Positions 1 through 9,226 of a DNA stretch of 64,000 nucleotides are shown one piece after another. Position 1 is the stretch's first letter. Each line of letters opens with the position of its first letter. Made by a program: the position numbers and the translations under genes. Under the pieces are notes generated by a model. That model searched no databases. It was not told the DNA's origin and saw only the letters and a list, made by a program, of their open reading frames with translations. Source of the DNA: Verrucomicrobiota bacterium (GTDB taxonomy: Bacteria; Verrucomicrobiota; Verrucomicrobiia; Limisphaerales; JADLHS01); contig JAKQDQ010000093.1 of the NCBI GenBank assembly GCA_029573725.1, positions 140,963 to 204,962 of the forward strand, in the 5' to 3' direction.

Positions 1-792
1 GCAGGCGGCACGGCGCGATTGGCCACCAGCAGCATCGTGCCCAACAATCAGTGGTATCACCTCGTCGGTGTCTGTGATCAGGCCAACGGCGCGGTGCGGC
101 TGTTTGTCAACGGCGTCAATGTCGCGCAAGGAACGCTCGCGCCCGGCACGGGGCTTCTGGGTTCTTCCGCTTCGGTGAGCATCGGCTCACGCCAGGGCGG
201 CCCGGGCACGCCTTACAACTTTCAATTCGTTGGCTGGATGGAAGAAGTCGCCATCTACGGCTACGCGCTGGGCACAAATCAGATTGTGACGCACTATCGG
301 GCGGCCACGAACCGTGCACCGGTCTGGGCCGGCAATCCGTTGACATTTCCCGACCTCATTGCCGGAGGCTGGTTCACAACGTCCCTGACCAGTCTCGCAT
401 CCGATCCCAACGGCGATGCGCTGACCTTTGCCAAGTTGACCGGTCCCGGCTGGCTGACCGTAACGGCCAGCGGCACGGCCAGCGGCTGGGTGTCTTCAAG
501 CCATGTCGGACTCAACACCTTTGTGTTCCGCGTCACCGACCCGGCCGGCGCCTCCAGCACAACCACCGCGAACCTTGAAGTGCTGGCCGCGCCGCCAATT
601 GTTGTGCGGTTGGCCCCCCACGGGGACCAACTGGAATTGCATTGGACCGGAGGTGTTCCGATTTATCAGGTCCAATTCACCACGAATCTGTCCGCCCCGG
701 TCTGGTGGAACTTTGGAACGCCGACCGCCGGCAACACCCTCATGCTGACGCCCACCAACCCGGCGCTTTATTTCCGGGTGTTGGGCCAGTGA
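1..792 (+). CDS. C-terminal part of a large secreted LamG (laminin-G/concanavalin-like) domain protein with an Ig/cadherin-like repeat; the 5' end lies outside the window
   Basis: The frame is open from base 1, and the track's M at 19 is a TTG. NQWYHLVGVCDQANGAVRLFVNGV...VSIGSR...F.G.MEEVAIY is a typical LamG core. SDPNGDALTF...GPGWLTV is an Ig/cadherin-like repeat. The C-terminal beta-domain ends LYFRVLGQ. Confidence 0.6.
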   Translation, partial: AGGTARLATSSIVPNNQWYHLVGVCDQANGAVRLFVNGVNVAQGTLAPGTGLLGSSASVSIGSRQGGPGTPYNFQFVGWMEEVAIYGYALGTNQIVTHYRAATNRAPVWAGNPLTFPDLIAGGWFTTSLTSLASDPNGDALTFAKLTGPGWLTVTASGTASGWVSSSHVGLNTFVFRVTDPAGASSTTTANLEVLAAPPIVVRLAPHGDQLELHWTGGVPIYQVQFTTNLSAPVWWNFGTPTAGNTLMLTPTNPALYFRVLGQ

Positions 793-1441
793 GGCCGCCA
801 CACCACACGCCCCCGGCGGATGGGCCGATGCTCATCCTGCAAGAGACGATCGGACACCGAACTGATGCCCCGCGCCAGGCGCGCAGCCAAATGACCACTG
901 TGCCTCCCGGGCGCTTCGTAAATTGCACAGCGCGCGGAGCGGCTGCGTAATCACGCAGAGATTCTCCGCGCACCGACATTGGCCTTGAACTGATTTTGGG
1001 CCGGCTCCTTGGGATAAATGGATTGGTGCGGGGCGAAGGCAGCCGGCTGACGCGCGATGGGGTGAGCCAGCCAGCGTTGCCCAACCAGTTCACGGAAATT
1101 CCCGTCACATCATGGAGCCACACGAACCGGCCGGGATGCTCCGCCCTCAGCGGCGAGGCGGCCGAAAGCCCGGACGCATGGTGCAAATCGCCGTCCCACG
1201 GCATCGGCACGGTCATGGTCCGGAGCACGCATGCAGTGACGGTGGCCAGGGTGGCGCTGGCAGTCCGGTCCGGAAGGAAAACCGCCACCCGGCGTATGTC
1301 GGGATCCGGCAACGGGCTGGCATGCAGCACGGGACCGGCAAACTCGGCGGCTTCCAGGTGCGCCCCCCCCAGACCGGCAAGGAAACCCAAAGGCCGGCGC
1401 CACCTCCAGTCTTAAGCTCCCGCATCGGGCCCGGAACAATT

Positions 1442-2827
1442 TCAGACGGCGGGATGGGACAGAAAGATGAAATAGGCCACCGTGAAGTAAATAATGATGC
1501 CGGTCACGTCCACGAACGTGGCGACGAACGGCGCCGAACAAGTGGCCGGGTCCAGTTTGCAGCGACGCAGCACCATGGGCAGCATGGCCCCCATCAGACT
1601 GCCCCACAACACCACGCCCACCAGACTGCCACCCACCGCAAGCGCCAGCTCAAAATGCGCCGCCCCGTAGTCTTTGAGACCCACCCATTGCCAGATAAGG
1701 ATCCGCACCATCCCCACCGCGGCGAGGATGCACCCCAGCAAAAAGCCCGTGGTCACCTCACGCCGGAAGACGCGCCACCAGTCCCGCAACAACACATCCC
1801 CCAGCGCCATCGCGCGAATGATCAACGTGGTCGCCTGGGAGCCGGAGTTGCCACCGCTCGACAGAATCAACGGCAGAAACACCGCCAGCACGGCCGCGCG
1901 CTCAATTTCCTTCTCGAAATATCCCATCGCGGTGGCGGTGAACATTTCGCCAATGAACAGGACCGCGAGCCAGCCCGCGCGTTTGCGCACCATTTGCAAC
2001 AGGCTCAGCCGCAGATACGACGCCTCAAACGCTTCCACACCGCCGAGCTTTTGCATGTCTTCGGTGGCCTCGATTTCCGCCACGTCCAGGACGTCGTCCA
2101 CGGTGACGACCCCCACCAGCACCTCATTGGAATCCACCACCGGCAAAATGGTGGTGTCATATTTTTTGAAGGCGGCCACGGCAGTCTCCTGGTCCGCCAT
2201 GGCGCGCAAAAAAATCCGCTGGTTTTCCAGGCAGGCGGACACGGGCGACTCCAGCGGGGCAACCACCAGTTTGCGCAGGCGCACGTAATCCACAAGCCGC
2301 CCGCGCGCGTCCACCACGTACAGCTGGCTGATGGTTTCGCACTTGTCGGGTTGCTGGCGCAGCTGCGCGAGCACCTCGGCCACCGTCCAGTCCTGCTGGA
2401 TCGCCACATACTCGGGTGTCATGCGCCGCCCGATGGAGTCCTTGGGGTAGCCCAACAGGGCGGTGGCGATCTTGCGCTGCTCCGGCGTGAGCAGGTTGAG
2501 CAATCTCTGCGTCACTGCGGCGGGCAGTTCCTCCAGCAACGCCGTGCGGTCGTCGGCAGAAAGGTCGTGCAAAATTTGGGCCACCTGTTCGCTGCCCAAC
2601 GCCTGCAACAAAGGCTCCTGATGTTCCACCGGCAGGTTCTCAAACACCTCCGCCGCCAGGTCGCGCGGCAGGATCCGCAACAGCACCGCTTCTTCGTCGG
2701 CGGTCAAATCCGCGAAGATCTCCGCCAGGTCCTGGGCTGGAAAACCCGACAACGCCGCCCGCAGCTGGTTGAAGTCGCGTTTGCGAATCAACTCTTCCAG
2801 CTCCGGCTTGAGCAGGTGGCCGATCAC
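1442..2827 (-). CDS. mgtE: Magnesium transporter MgtE
   Basis: 461 aa. It has the MgtE N-domain, tandem CBS domains (VVDARGRLVDYV, LPVVDSNEVLVGVVTVDDVLD) and a C-terminal 5-TM channel domain with PLILSSGGNSGSQA. The start codon is GTG. Confidence 0.95.
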   Translation of the reverse strand: MIGHLLKPELEELIRKRDFNQLRAALSGFPAQDLAEIFADLTADEEAVLLRILPRDLAAEVFENLPVEHQEPLLQALGSEQVAQILHDLSADDRTALLEELPAAVTQRLLNLLTPEQRKIATALLGYPKDSIGRRMTPEYVAIQQDWTVAEVLAQLRQQPDKCETISQLYVVDARGRLVDYVRLRKLVVAPLESPVSACLENQRIFLRAMADQETAVAAFKKYDTTILPVVDSNEVLVGVVTVDDVLDVAEIEATEDMQKLGGVEAFEASYLRLSLLQMVRKRAGWLAVLFIGEMFTATAMGYFEKEIERAAVLAVFLPLILSSGGNSGSQATTLIIRAMALGDVLLRDWWRVFRREVTTGFLLGCILAAVGMVRILIWQWVGLKDYGAAHFELALAVGGSLVGVVLWGSLMGAMLPMVLRRCKLDPATCSAPFVATFVDVTGIIIYFTVAYFIFLSHPAV

Positions 2828-2947
2828 GGGAATTACTCAACTGAAAAAGCCCGGCCAGTGCAAAGGAAAATCGAGGCGTTTTCCCTCGCCGCGGGGCGGT
2901 GGAAGGTCGGGGCGCGTTCAGCCGCGGTCCCGTTGCCCGGCCACGGG

Positions 2948-5281
2948 TCAATCCGCCCGCAACTCCAGGATGCAGGCGTCGGCCGCCGCCAGCGCCGGCT
3001 GGAGCACCACTTCCCGTCCGGCGAATGCGCCGACTTGCCTGCGCCCGCTTGCATCCGTGCGCTGAATCCGCCCCGTGGCCGGCAAGTGATGCTGCTGGCG
3101 ATCCAGCGTGAGGCGGGGGGCCATCGGGGTTGCACCAATATTGACGACCACCACGGCAATCGCGCCGTCGCGCGCGCGCCAGGTGGCGGCATGGAGCAAG
3201 GGTTCAGACTGCTCAAACTCACGGACGCCGCCTTGTTGACCGGCGTAAATCGAGAGCCGCGACATCGGAATTACCGTGGCCGCGTCGGCGTATTCCGGCG
3301 GCGGCAATAATTGGCCGTGTAGCAGGTACGGCAGCGCCTGCGCGCGCAACCGCGCCAGTTTCAAAACAAACGCCAATTCCTCGGCCCGCTCCGTCAGTTG
3401 ATTGGTGCGGAAATTGGCCAGCGTGGGTTGTTGTCCCCAAATAAACGCCCGCGCCTGTTCCAGGCGAAACTGCGTGGCGAATTTCCGATCCAATAATTTC
3501 AACGGCTCCTTGGGAGCGAACTCTGCAGGCCATAACTCGTCGTAGGGCGGCGCGGTCAGCGACGAGTAGTTGCCGAAGAAAATCGCGTAGTCGTGATACA
3601 CGGCGTGAAAAAACGGAATGGTCTCCCAGCCATCCGCGCCAGCGTAGCGTTCGCGGCTTACCTGCAGCGCCAGCATCAGGTCCAGATGCGGCAGCCAGTT
3701 TTCGCCGCATCCCTCGCCCGCCAGCGCCGGGCCGGCGCGCACTTGATTTTGCTGGCGGATGGCGGCGGCGAGTTTTTGAAAGCCCCGCATCCAATACGTG
3801 CCGCTGCCCAAGGAGTGGCCGTGCGCGGGATCGTAACAAGCCAGACTCGAACAGGCCTGGTCCATGTAAATGCCGTCCACCCCCAGCCCGCGAAACGCGG
3901 CCGTGGCGAGGCTGGCATATTTATGTCGCCAAAACTCCGTGCCCATGCACATCGAAGCGCAAGGCAGCTTGCTGAACGTGTTGTAAACCTCCGGATGAAT
4001 CTGGCCGTCGGCCGCCTTTACCGCAAAGCGCGCAGCGTTTTCATTGGTCCAGCTCGCCGTCGTCATGCCCCAGAGCCGCTGGTTCATGTACACAATCGCC
4101 CGCACGTCATGAGCGTGAGCGGTCTGCAACGCGGCGCGAAACGCCGCTTCCCCCTCGCGGGGCGGTAGGTATTCCGGGAAACCGGTGTCGTAGGCGCAAC
4201 CGTGCCACCAATGCCAGAAGACGCTGACCGGCAAACCCAGCGCGCGTTGCAGGGCGATGGCCGGCTCGATCACTCCCGGTGACGCACCGCGATTCCACAC
4301 CCAGAGCGCGGTATTGGTCACCCACGCCGGCGCCAGGCCGTTCTGCAGCCGGCTCGCGTGCGCCCACGATTGATTGGTGGCCCAGGCACGATAACGCTCG
4401 GCCGCTTGAAACCAATCGCCACGAAAACTTCCCAGCACCACGGAATACGGCAGCTCATAACGCTGCGCCGGATTTTGCGCCGGCTCCGGGCGATGACGAA
4501 TCTCCAGATTCAAATCGGCATTGGTCGTGGCAAACGCGGCAAAATCTTTCAGATAATCGCCCGCGTCATCGCAGGCCAGATAACAACTGACCCCGCCCGC
4601 ACTGGTGAGCGCCAGACACTGCAAGGAAAGCAATCCCGGATAATGCCACTCCCAACGCTGCGGCGGCCCCTGAACAGGGGACAACAAGGCGCGCGGGTTC
4701 GCCGCCTGTTGCCCCATCCAGACCGGCACCGCCAGCCGCTCCGCCGGCTGTGCTTGCAGGTTGATGACGCGGGGAAACCGGATCGCTCCCAAGCGCAATC
4801 CCCCCAAACCCTCCACTGCCAGCCCCCAACGACTCATCGGCTGGTCCACCTCAAAGGCAATATGCACCCGCACCTGCAATCGCGGCGCCGCGACCACATC
4901 GAAATCACTCCAAACCAGCTCATGCGCCGCGACCCCGGTCAATGCCCGCGAGGCAAAAGAGCGCGCCCGGGCCGGGTGCAACACCGGTTCCGCGCCACCG
5001 GAAAGCTCAAGCTCCCAGAGCGCGCCCAGATTGGTGGTCTGAATAAAATTGTGCCCCGTCGCCCCGTCCACCAATTCCACCAGGTGCCCCAGGCGCGGTT
5101 CGATCCCGATCTGCAACTGCGCATTTCCCAAACGCACCACCTCGGCCGGGGTCGGAGGCGCGCAACCGAACATCAGGGCCGGCACGATCAGCCCTCGCCC
5201 ACGCCGCAACGCGGCTGAGCAACCCGCCGTCAGCAGGGACGACCGTTTTACGAATTGCAGCAGAACGGAAGGCAACTTCAT
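2948..5281 (-). CDS. Secreted protein of unknown function with a glycoside-hydrolase-like (TIM-barrel-like) central region
   Basis: Long ORF with coding-like composition. The track start at 5353 is GTG, so I prefer the ATG at 5281 (MKLPSVLL... with a hydrophobic N-terminus). GVDGIYMDQACS and WHWWHGCAYD resemble polysaccharide-hydrolase TIM barrels. The family assignment is not secure. Confidence 0.6.
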   Translation of the reverse strand: MKLPSVLLQFVKRSSLLTAGCSAALRRGRGLIVPALMFGCAPPTPAEVVRLGNAQLQIGIEPRLGHLVELVDGATGHNFIQTTNLGALWELELSGGAEPVLHPARARSFASRALTGVAAHELVWSDFDVVAAPRLQVRVHIAFEVDQPMSRWGLAVEGLGGLRLGAIRFPRVINLQAQPAERLAVPVWMGQQAANPRALLSPVQGPPQRWEWHYPGLLSLQCLALTSAGGVSCYLACDDAGDYLKDFAAFATTNADLNLEIRHRPEPAQNPAQRYELPYSVVLGSFRGDWFQAAERYRAWATNQSWAHASRLQNGLAPAWVTNTALWVWNRGASPGVIEPAIALQRALGLPVSVFWHWWHGCAYDTGFPEYLPPREGEAAFRAALQTAHAHDVRAIVYMNQRLWGMTTASWTNENAARFAVKAADGQIHPEVYNTFSKLPCASMCMGTEFWRHKYASLATAAFRGLGVDGIYMDQACSSLACYDPAHGHSLGSGTYWMRGFQKLAAAIRQQNQVRAGPALAGEGCGENWLPHLDLMLALQVSRERYAGADGWETIPFFHAVYHDYAIFFGNYSSLTAPPYDELWPAEFAPKEPLKLLDRKFATQFRLEQARAFIWGQQPTLANFRTNQLTERAEELAFVLKLARLRAQALPYLLHGQLLPPPEYADAATVIPMSRLSIYAGQQGGVREFEQSEPLLHAATWRARDGAIAVVVVNIGATPMAPRLTLDRQQHHLPATGRIQRTDASGRRQVGAFAGREVVLQPALAAADACILELRAD

Positions 5282-5369
5282 CAGACCGAGTCTGGCGCCA
5301 AACCCCGGCAGACGCAACTGTGAGGCGACCGCGCCCGGGCCGGGACACGCCACAGTCCGGAAAATTTGA

Positions 5370-5399
5370 TTGACCGGGCGCCGGGTTCCGCGCTACTGT
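5370..5399 (+). promoter_or_regulatory. Candidate sigma70-type promoter for the leuA leader
   Basis: TTGACC (5370-5375), an 18-nt spacer, then TACTGT (5394-5399), about 15 nt upstream of the leader mini-ORF. Read by eye only. Confidence 0.35.
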
Positions 5400-5414
5400 G
5401 CCCGCGTGATCGGA

Positions 5415-5477
5415 ATGCTGAATCTGAACCTGCTGCCAGGCGCGCTGCGACTGAACAACGCGGCGGTTGGGTTCTGA
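5415..5477 (+). CDS. Candidate Leu-rich leader peptide (20 aa) of a leuA attenuator
   Basis: atg ctg aat ctg aac ctg ctg cca ggc gcg ctg cga ctg aac aac gcg gcg gtt ggg ttc tga translates to MLNLNLLPGALRLNNAAVGF. Six of 20 residues are Leu, all CTG. The ORF is too short for the track. It sits between the promoter-like site and the terminator hairpin. The SD is weak. Confidence 0.45.
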   Translation: MLNLNLLPGALRLNNAAVGF

Positions 5478-5497
5478 TCGGTTCCGGAATTTTCGAG

Positions 5498-5530
5498 CCC
5501 CACTGCCCAGCGGCGGTGGGGTTTTGTTTT
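5498..5530 (+). terminator. Intrinsic terminator (attenuator) 38 nt upstream of the leuA start
   Basis: CCCCACTGCC (5498-5507) pairs with GGCGGTGGGG (5512-5521) across a 4-nt loop, giving 10 bp including one GU pair. It is followed by TTTTGTTTT (5522-5530). Confidence 0.6.
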
Positions 5531-5568
5531 GCCAAAATGACCGTGCATCACCATAAACTCGCCAGCAC

Positions 5569-7269
5569 ATGTTGAAAGATCCGTCTCAGAAATACCGTCC
5601 GTTTCCGCCGGTGAACCTGCCGGACCGGCAATGGCCCGGCCGCGTCATCACGGCCGCGCCCCGGTGGTGCAGCGTGGATTTGCGCGATGGCAACCAGGCG
5701 CTGGCCGTGCCGATGAACGTCGGCCAGAAACTCGAGCTGTTCAATACGCTGGTCAAGGTGGGGTTCAAGGAAATCGAGGTGGGTTTTCCATCCGCCTCGA
5801 ACACCGAGTTCACGTTCAACCGCCGGTTGATTGAGGAGCAACGCGCGCCGGAGGACGTGTGGTTGCAGGTGCTGGTGCAGGCGCGTGAGGATTTGATTGA
5901 GCGCACCGTCGAATCGCTGGTGGGCGCCAAGCGGGTGATCATCCACCTCTACAACTCCACTTCACCGGCGCAACGCCGTGTGGTGTTTGGCATGTCCAGG
6001 CCGGAAATCGTGCGGGTCGCCGTACGGGGGGCGCAATTAATCAAGGAGCGGTTGGAACGGTTGCGCGGCACCGAAATCATGTTGCAGTATTCGCCGGAGA
6101 GTTTTTCCGCCACCGAAGTCGAGTTCGCCCGGGACATCTCCGAGGCGGTCATGGACGTCTGGCAACCCACCCCGCAGCGCAAAATGATTTTAAATCTGCC
6201 GGACACGGTGGAAGTGGCCATGCCGAATGTGTACGCGGACCAGATCGAGTGGATCTGCCGCCACATCAAAAATCGCGATTCGCTCATTGTGAGTTTGCAC
6301 ACGCACAACGATCGGGGCACCGGCGTGGCGGCGACCGAACTGGGATTGCTGGCCGGCGCCGAACGCGTGGAAGGCACGTTGTTTGGCAATGGCGAGCGCA
6401 CCGGCAACTTGGACGTGGTGGCCGTCGGCTTGAATCTTTACATGCACGGCATTGATCCGCAGCTGGATTTCTCCAACCTGAACGCGGTGCGCGCCGTTTA
6501 CGAGCGCTGCACCGGCATGACCGTGCCGCCGCGCCAGCCGTACGCGGGCGAGCTGGTCTTCACCGCGTTCAGCGGCTCGCACCAGGACGCGATCAAGAAA
6601 GGGCTGGCCGAATGGGAGGACAAGCAAATTGAATTGCAATCGTCCACGTCCACCGGCACGGCGAAGTCCGAGCTGCAACACTGGGACGTGCCGTACCTCA
6701 CCATTGACCCACGCGACATCGGCCGTGAGTATCGTGAAGTCATCCGCGTGAACAGCCAGTCGGGCAAGGGCGGCGTGGCGTATTTGCTGGAGAGCGAATA
6801 CGGCATCGAGTTGCCCAAGGATTTTCAGCGGGAGTTTGGGCCCATTGCCAATGACGAGGTGGACCGGCTCGGCCGCGAGGTCAGCGGCGCAGAGCTGAAG
6901 GCGATGTTCTGGCGCGAATACATTGAGCGTCATGCCCCCTGGCAATTGCTGGGTTTCGAGACGGAAAGCCGCAACGGCGGGGTGAAGTGCAAAGCGCGCC
7001 TTCGCCACCACGGACAGCCGGTGGAATTCACCGGCGAAGGAAACGGCCCGTTGGCCGCCCTGGTCAACGGATTCAGCCGGACGTGCGATCTGCGCTTCGA
7101 AATCACCCACTACAGCGAGCACGCGTTGAGTGCCGGCGAAACGGCCAGCGCCATTGCCTACATCCAAATCAAACAGGCGGACGGCAAAACCCGTTGGGGC
7201 GCAGGCGTGGATACCAATATTGAACTGGCCTCCGTGCATGCGGTACTGAGCGCTTTGAATCGCAGTTGA
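5569..7269 (+). CDS. leuA: 2-isopropylmalate synthase (long LeuA type)
   Basis: 566 aa. Motifs: WCSVDLRDGNQAL, SLHTHNDRGTGVAA and a C-terminal LeuA allosteric domain. ATG at 5569. Confidence 0.95.
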   Translation: MLKDPSQKYRPFPPVNLPDRQWPGRVITAAPRWCSVDLRDGNQALAVPMNVGQKLELFNTLVKVGFKEIEVGFPSASNTEFTFNRRLIEEQRAPEDVWLQVLVQAREDLIERTVESLVGAKRVIIHLYNSTSPAQRRVVFGMSRPEIVRVAVRGAQLIKERLERLRGTEIMLQYSPESFSATEVEFARDISEAVMDVWQPTPQRKMILNLPDTVEVAMPNVYADQIEWICRHIKNRDSLIVSLHTHNDRGTGVAATELGLLAGAERVEGTLFGNGERTGNLDVVAVGLNLYMHGIDPQLDFSNLNAVRAVYERCTGMTVPPRQPYAGELVFTAFSGSHQDAIKKGLAEWEDKQIELQSSTSTGTAKSELQHWDVPYLTIDPRDIGREYREVIRVNSQSGKGGVAYLLESEYGIELPKDFQREFGPIANDEVDRLGREVSGAELKAMFWREYIERHAPWQLLGFETESRNGGVKCKARLRHHGQPVEFTGEGNGPLAALVNGFSRTCDLRFEITHYSEHALSAGETASAIAYIQIKQADGKTRWGAGVDTNIELASVHAVLSALNRS

Positions 7270-7290
7270 TCTTTTCACGTCCATAAAACC

Positions 7291-8163
7291 ATGCGCTTAC
7301 TTCGCTGCTCATTTGCCGGGGTGCTGATCTCCTGCCTGCTCCCCACGCTCCCGGCGGCCACCAACTCCGCTCCCCCGCTGCGGGTCATGACCTACAACCT
7401 GCGTTACGGCACGGCTTCCGACGGCCTCAATGTCTGGGCAAATCGGCGACCGCTCATGCACCAGTTGCTGACCAACGCCGCACCGGATCTCATCGGCACG
7501 CAGGAGGGCCTGTACCGCCAGTTGCAGGAGCTGGCGCACGATCTGCCGGACTATCAGTGGACGGGGGTGGGCCGCGACGACGGCAAAACTGCAGGCGAAT
7601 TCATGGCGGTCTTCTATCGCCCGGCGCGCCTGGAGGCGTTATCCACCAACCATTTCTGGTTGTCCGACACCCCCGCGGTGCCGGGTTCCACCACTTGGGG
7701 CAACCAAGTCCGCCGCATGGTGACGTGGCTGGAGTTCCGGGACCGGGCCACCGACCGGCAATTTTTCTTCTTCAACACCCATTTTGATCACATCGTGCAA
7801 CTCTCCCGGGAGAAAAGCGCGGAGTTGCTGCGCCGGCGGGTGCAGGAATTGAACACGTCCCGGCCGGTGCTGGTCACCGGGGACTTCAATGCCGCCGCGG
7901 AGCGCAACCGGGTTTACACGCTGCTGACCGGAGACGGGTTTTTCTCGGACACCTGGCGCGCCGCCCCGGAGCGCGTCAACGACGGCGTCAACACCTTCAA
8001 TAATTACCGGCCGCCCGTCTGGCAGGGAAACCGCATTGACTGGATTTTGACGCGCGGCCCGGTGCAGGTCACGCGCGGTGAAATTTTGATTGCACATCAG
8101 GAGCACCAGTTCCCGAGCGACCATTTCCCGGTGCTGGTCGAATTGACGCTGACCGGCGACTGA
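7291..8163 (+). CDS. Secreted endonuclease/exonuclease/phosphatase (EEP) family protein
   Basis: Signal peptide, then the EEP motifs VMTYNLRYG, GTQEG, TGDFN and SDHFPV. Confidence 0.85.
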   Translation: MRLLRCSFAGVLISCLLPTLPAATNSAPPLRVMTYNLRYGTASDGLNVWANRRPLMHQLLTNAAPDLIGTQEGLYRQLQELAHDLPDYQWTGVGRDDGKTAGEFMAVFYRPARLEALSTNHFWLSDTPAVPGSTTWGNQVRRMVTWLEFRDRATDRQFFFFNTHFDHIVQLSREKSAELLRRRVQELNTSRPVLVTGDFNAAAERNRVYTLLTGDGFFSDTWRAAPERVNDGVNTFNNYRPPVWQGNRIDWILTRGPVQVTRGEILIAHQEHQFPSDHFPVLVELTLTGD

Positions 8164-8237
8164 ACGACCTCATGAACCATCCGCTTTCCCGCTCGTCAAG
8201 CCGCCGCTTTTGGCATAAACTCCCCGTCATCTCGGTT

Positions 8238-9134
8238 ATGAAAATTCCGGCCGTCACCTGCCTGTTACTTGGGACCTGCCTCGCGCCGAATGTCTTTGGG
8301 CAGCCCTGGTCCGTACCCGCCACCAACTCCACCCCGCCGCCGCCCGGCATTCCCATTCCGACCCAGCCGATGCCGATGCCGCCGCCGCCCCGCATCATGC
8401 ATCCGGCGGTCCAGCGGCCGGCCCTGGCAAACCAACCCCTCGCCGATGGCATTCTGGCGTTTGATGCCGAGAAGAAGGAGTATCATGCCGCAGCCGGTGA
8501 ACAAAACGGCGCCTTTGTCTTTAACATCACCAATGTGTCACCGCAGGAAGTCACGATCCAGCACGTGCAAACCTCCTGCGGTTGCACCACGGCAAAGATC
8601 CAATTGCCCATGGTGCTGGCGCCCAAGCAAGTGGCGCAAATCCCGATCAACATGAACATTGCCGGCAAATTTGGCAGCGTCACCAAAACCGTCACCATTC
8701 ACTCCGATCGCGGACAAAAAACGTTGCTTGTGACCAGCATCATTCCGGACCGGCAGACCAGCACCCTGACCATGGGCGCGGATCGCACGCGCAATCAGCA
8801 AATTGCGCTGGCAAACCGCCAGGCGGTGTTCCATGGAGACTGCGCGCGTTGTCACGTTGAACCGTTGATCGGGAAAACCGGCAAGGAACTGTACACCGCC
8901 GCCTGCGGCATTTGTCATGACGCCGAGCATCGCGCCTCCATGGTGACCGACTTGCATCGCCTCCCGCCCCCCACCGATGCGGAGTACTGGCGCTTTTTCA
9001 TCATCAATGGGAAACCCGGCACCCTGATGCCGGCCTTTGCACAATCCCAGGGTGGACCGCTCTCCGATGCGCAGATTGCCTCCCTGGTGGAATATCTGGT
9101 CAAAGACTTTCCCAGTTCGGCCAAGGGTCAATAG
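8238..9134 (+). CDS. DUF1573-domain protein fused to a C-terminal c-type cytochrome domain
   Basis: Preferred start is the ATG at 8238 (MKIPAVTCLLLGTCLAPNVFG signal). VQTSCGCTT is the DUF1573 hallmark. There are two CxxCH motifs (CARCH, CGICH) and GTLMPAF as a distal-Met motif. Confidence 0.75.
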   Translation: MKIPAVTCLLLGTCLAPNVFGQPWSVPATNSTPPPPGIPIPTQPMPMPPPPRIMHPAVQRPALANQPLADGILAFDAEKKEYHAAAGEQNGAFVFNITNVSPQEVTIQHVQTSCGCTTAKIQLPMVLAPKQVAQIPINMNIAGKFGSVTKTVTIHSDRGQKTLLVTSIIPDRQTSTLTMGADRTRNQQIALANRQAVFHGDCARCHVEPLIGKTGKELYTAACGICHDAEHRASMVTDLHRLPPPTDAEYWRFFIINGKPGTLMPAFAQSQGGPLSDAQIASLVEYLVKDFPSSAKGQ

Positions 9135-9226
9135 CGCCGCCGCTCAATTGAGCGATCCGTTCGCCCCCGCTTCCCGTCACTGACTTTAAGCTTTGGCGCC
9201 TCCGGTGAAGCGCATATCGTGCGCCT

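Noticed and set aside
1112-3310. 732-aa plus-strand ORF
   Set aside because: It runs antisense to the well-supported mgtE and to the 3' end of the 2948-5281 gene. Its product is His/Arg/Gln/Pro-rich low-complexity sequence. This is a typical shadow ORF of high-GC DNA.
5366-5575. 69-aa ORF spanning the leuA upstream region
   Set aside because: It has no SD or family resemblance. The region is better explained by the promoter, Leu-rich mini-ORF and terminator layout, which lies in a different frame.
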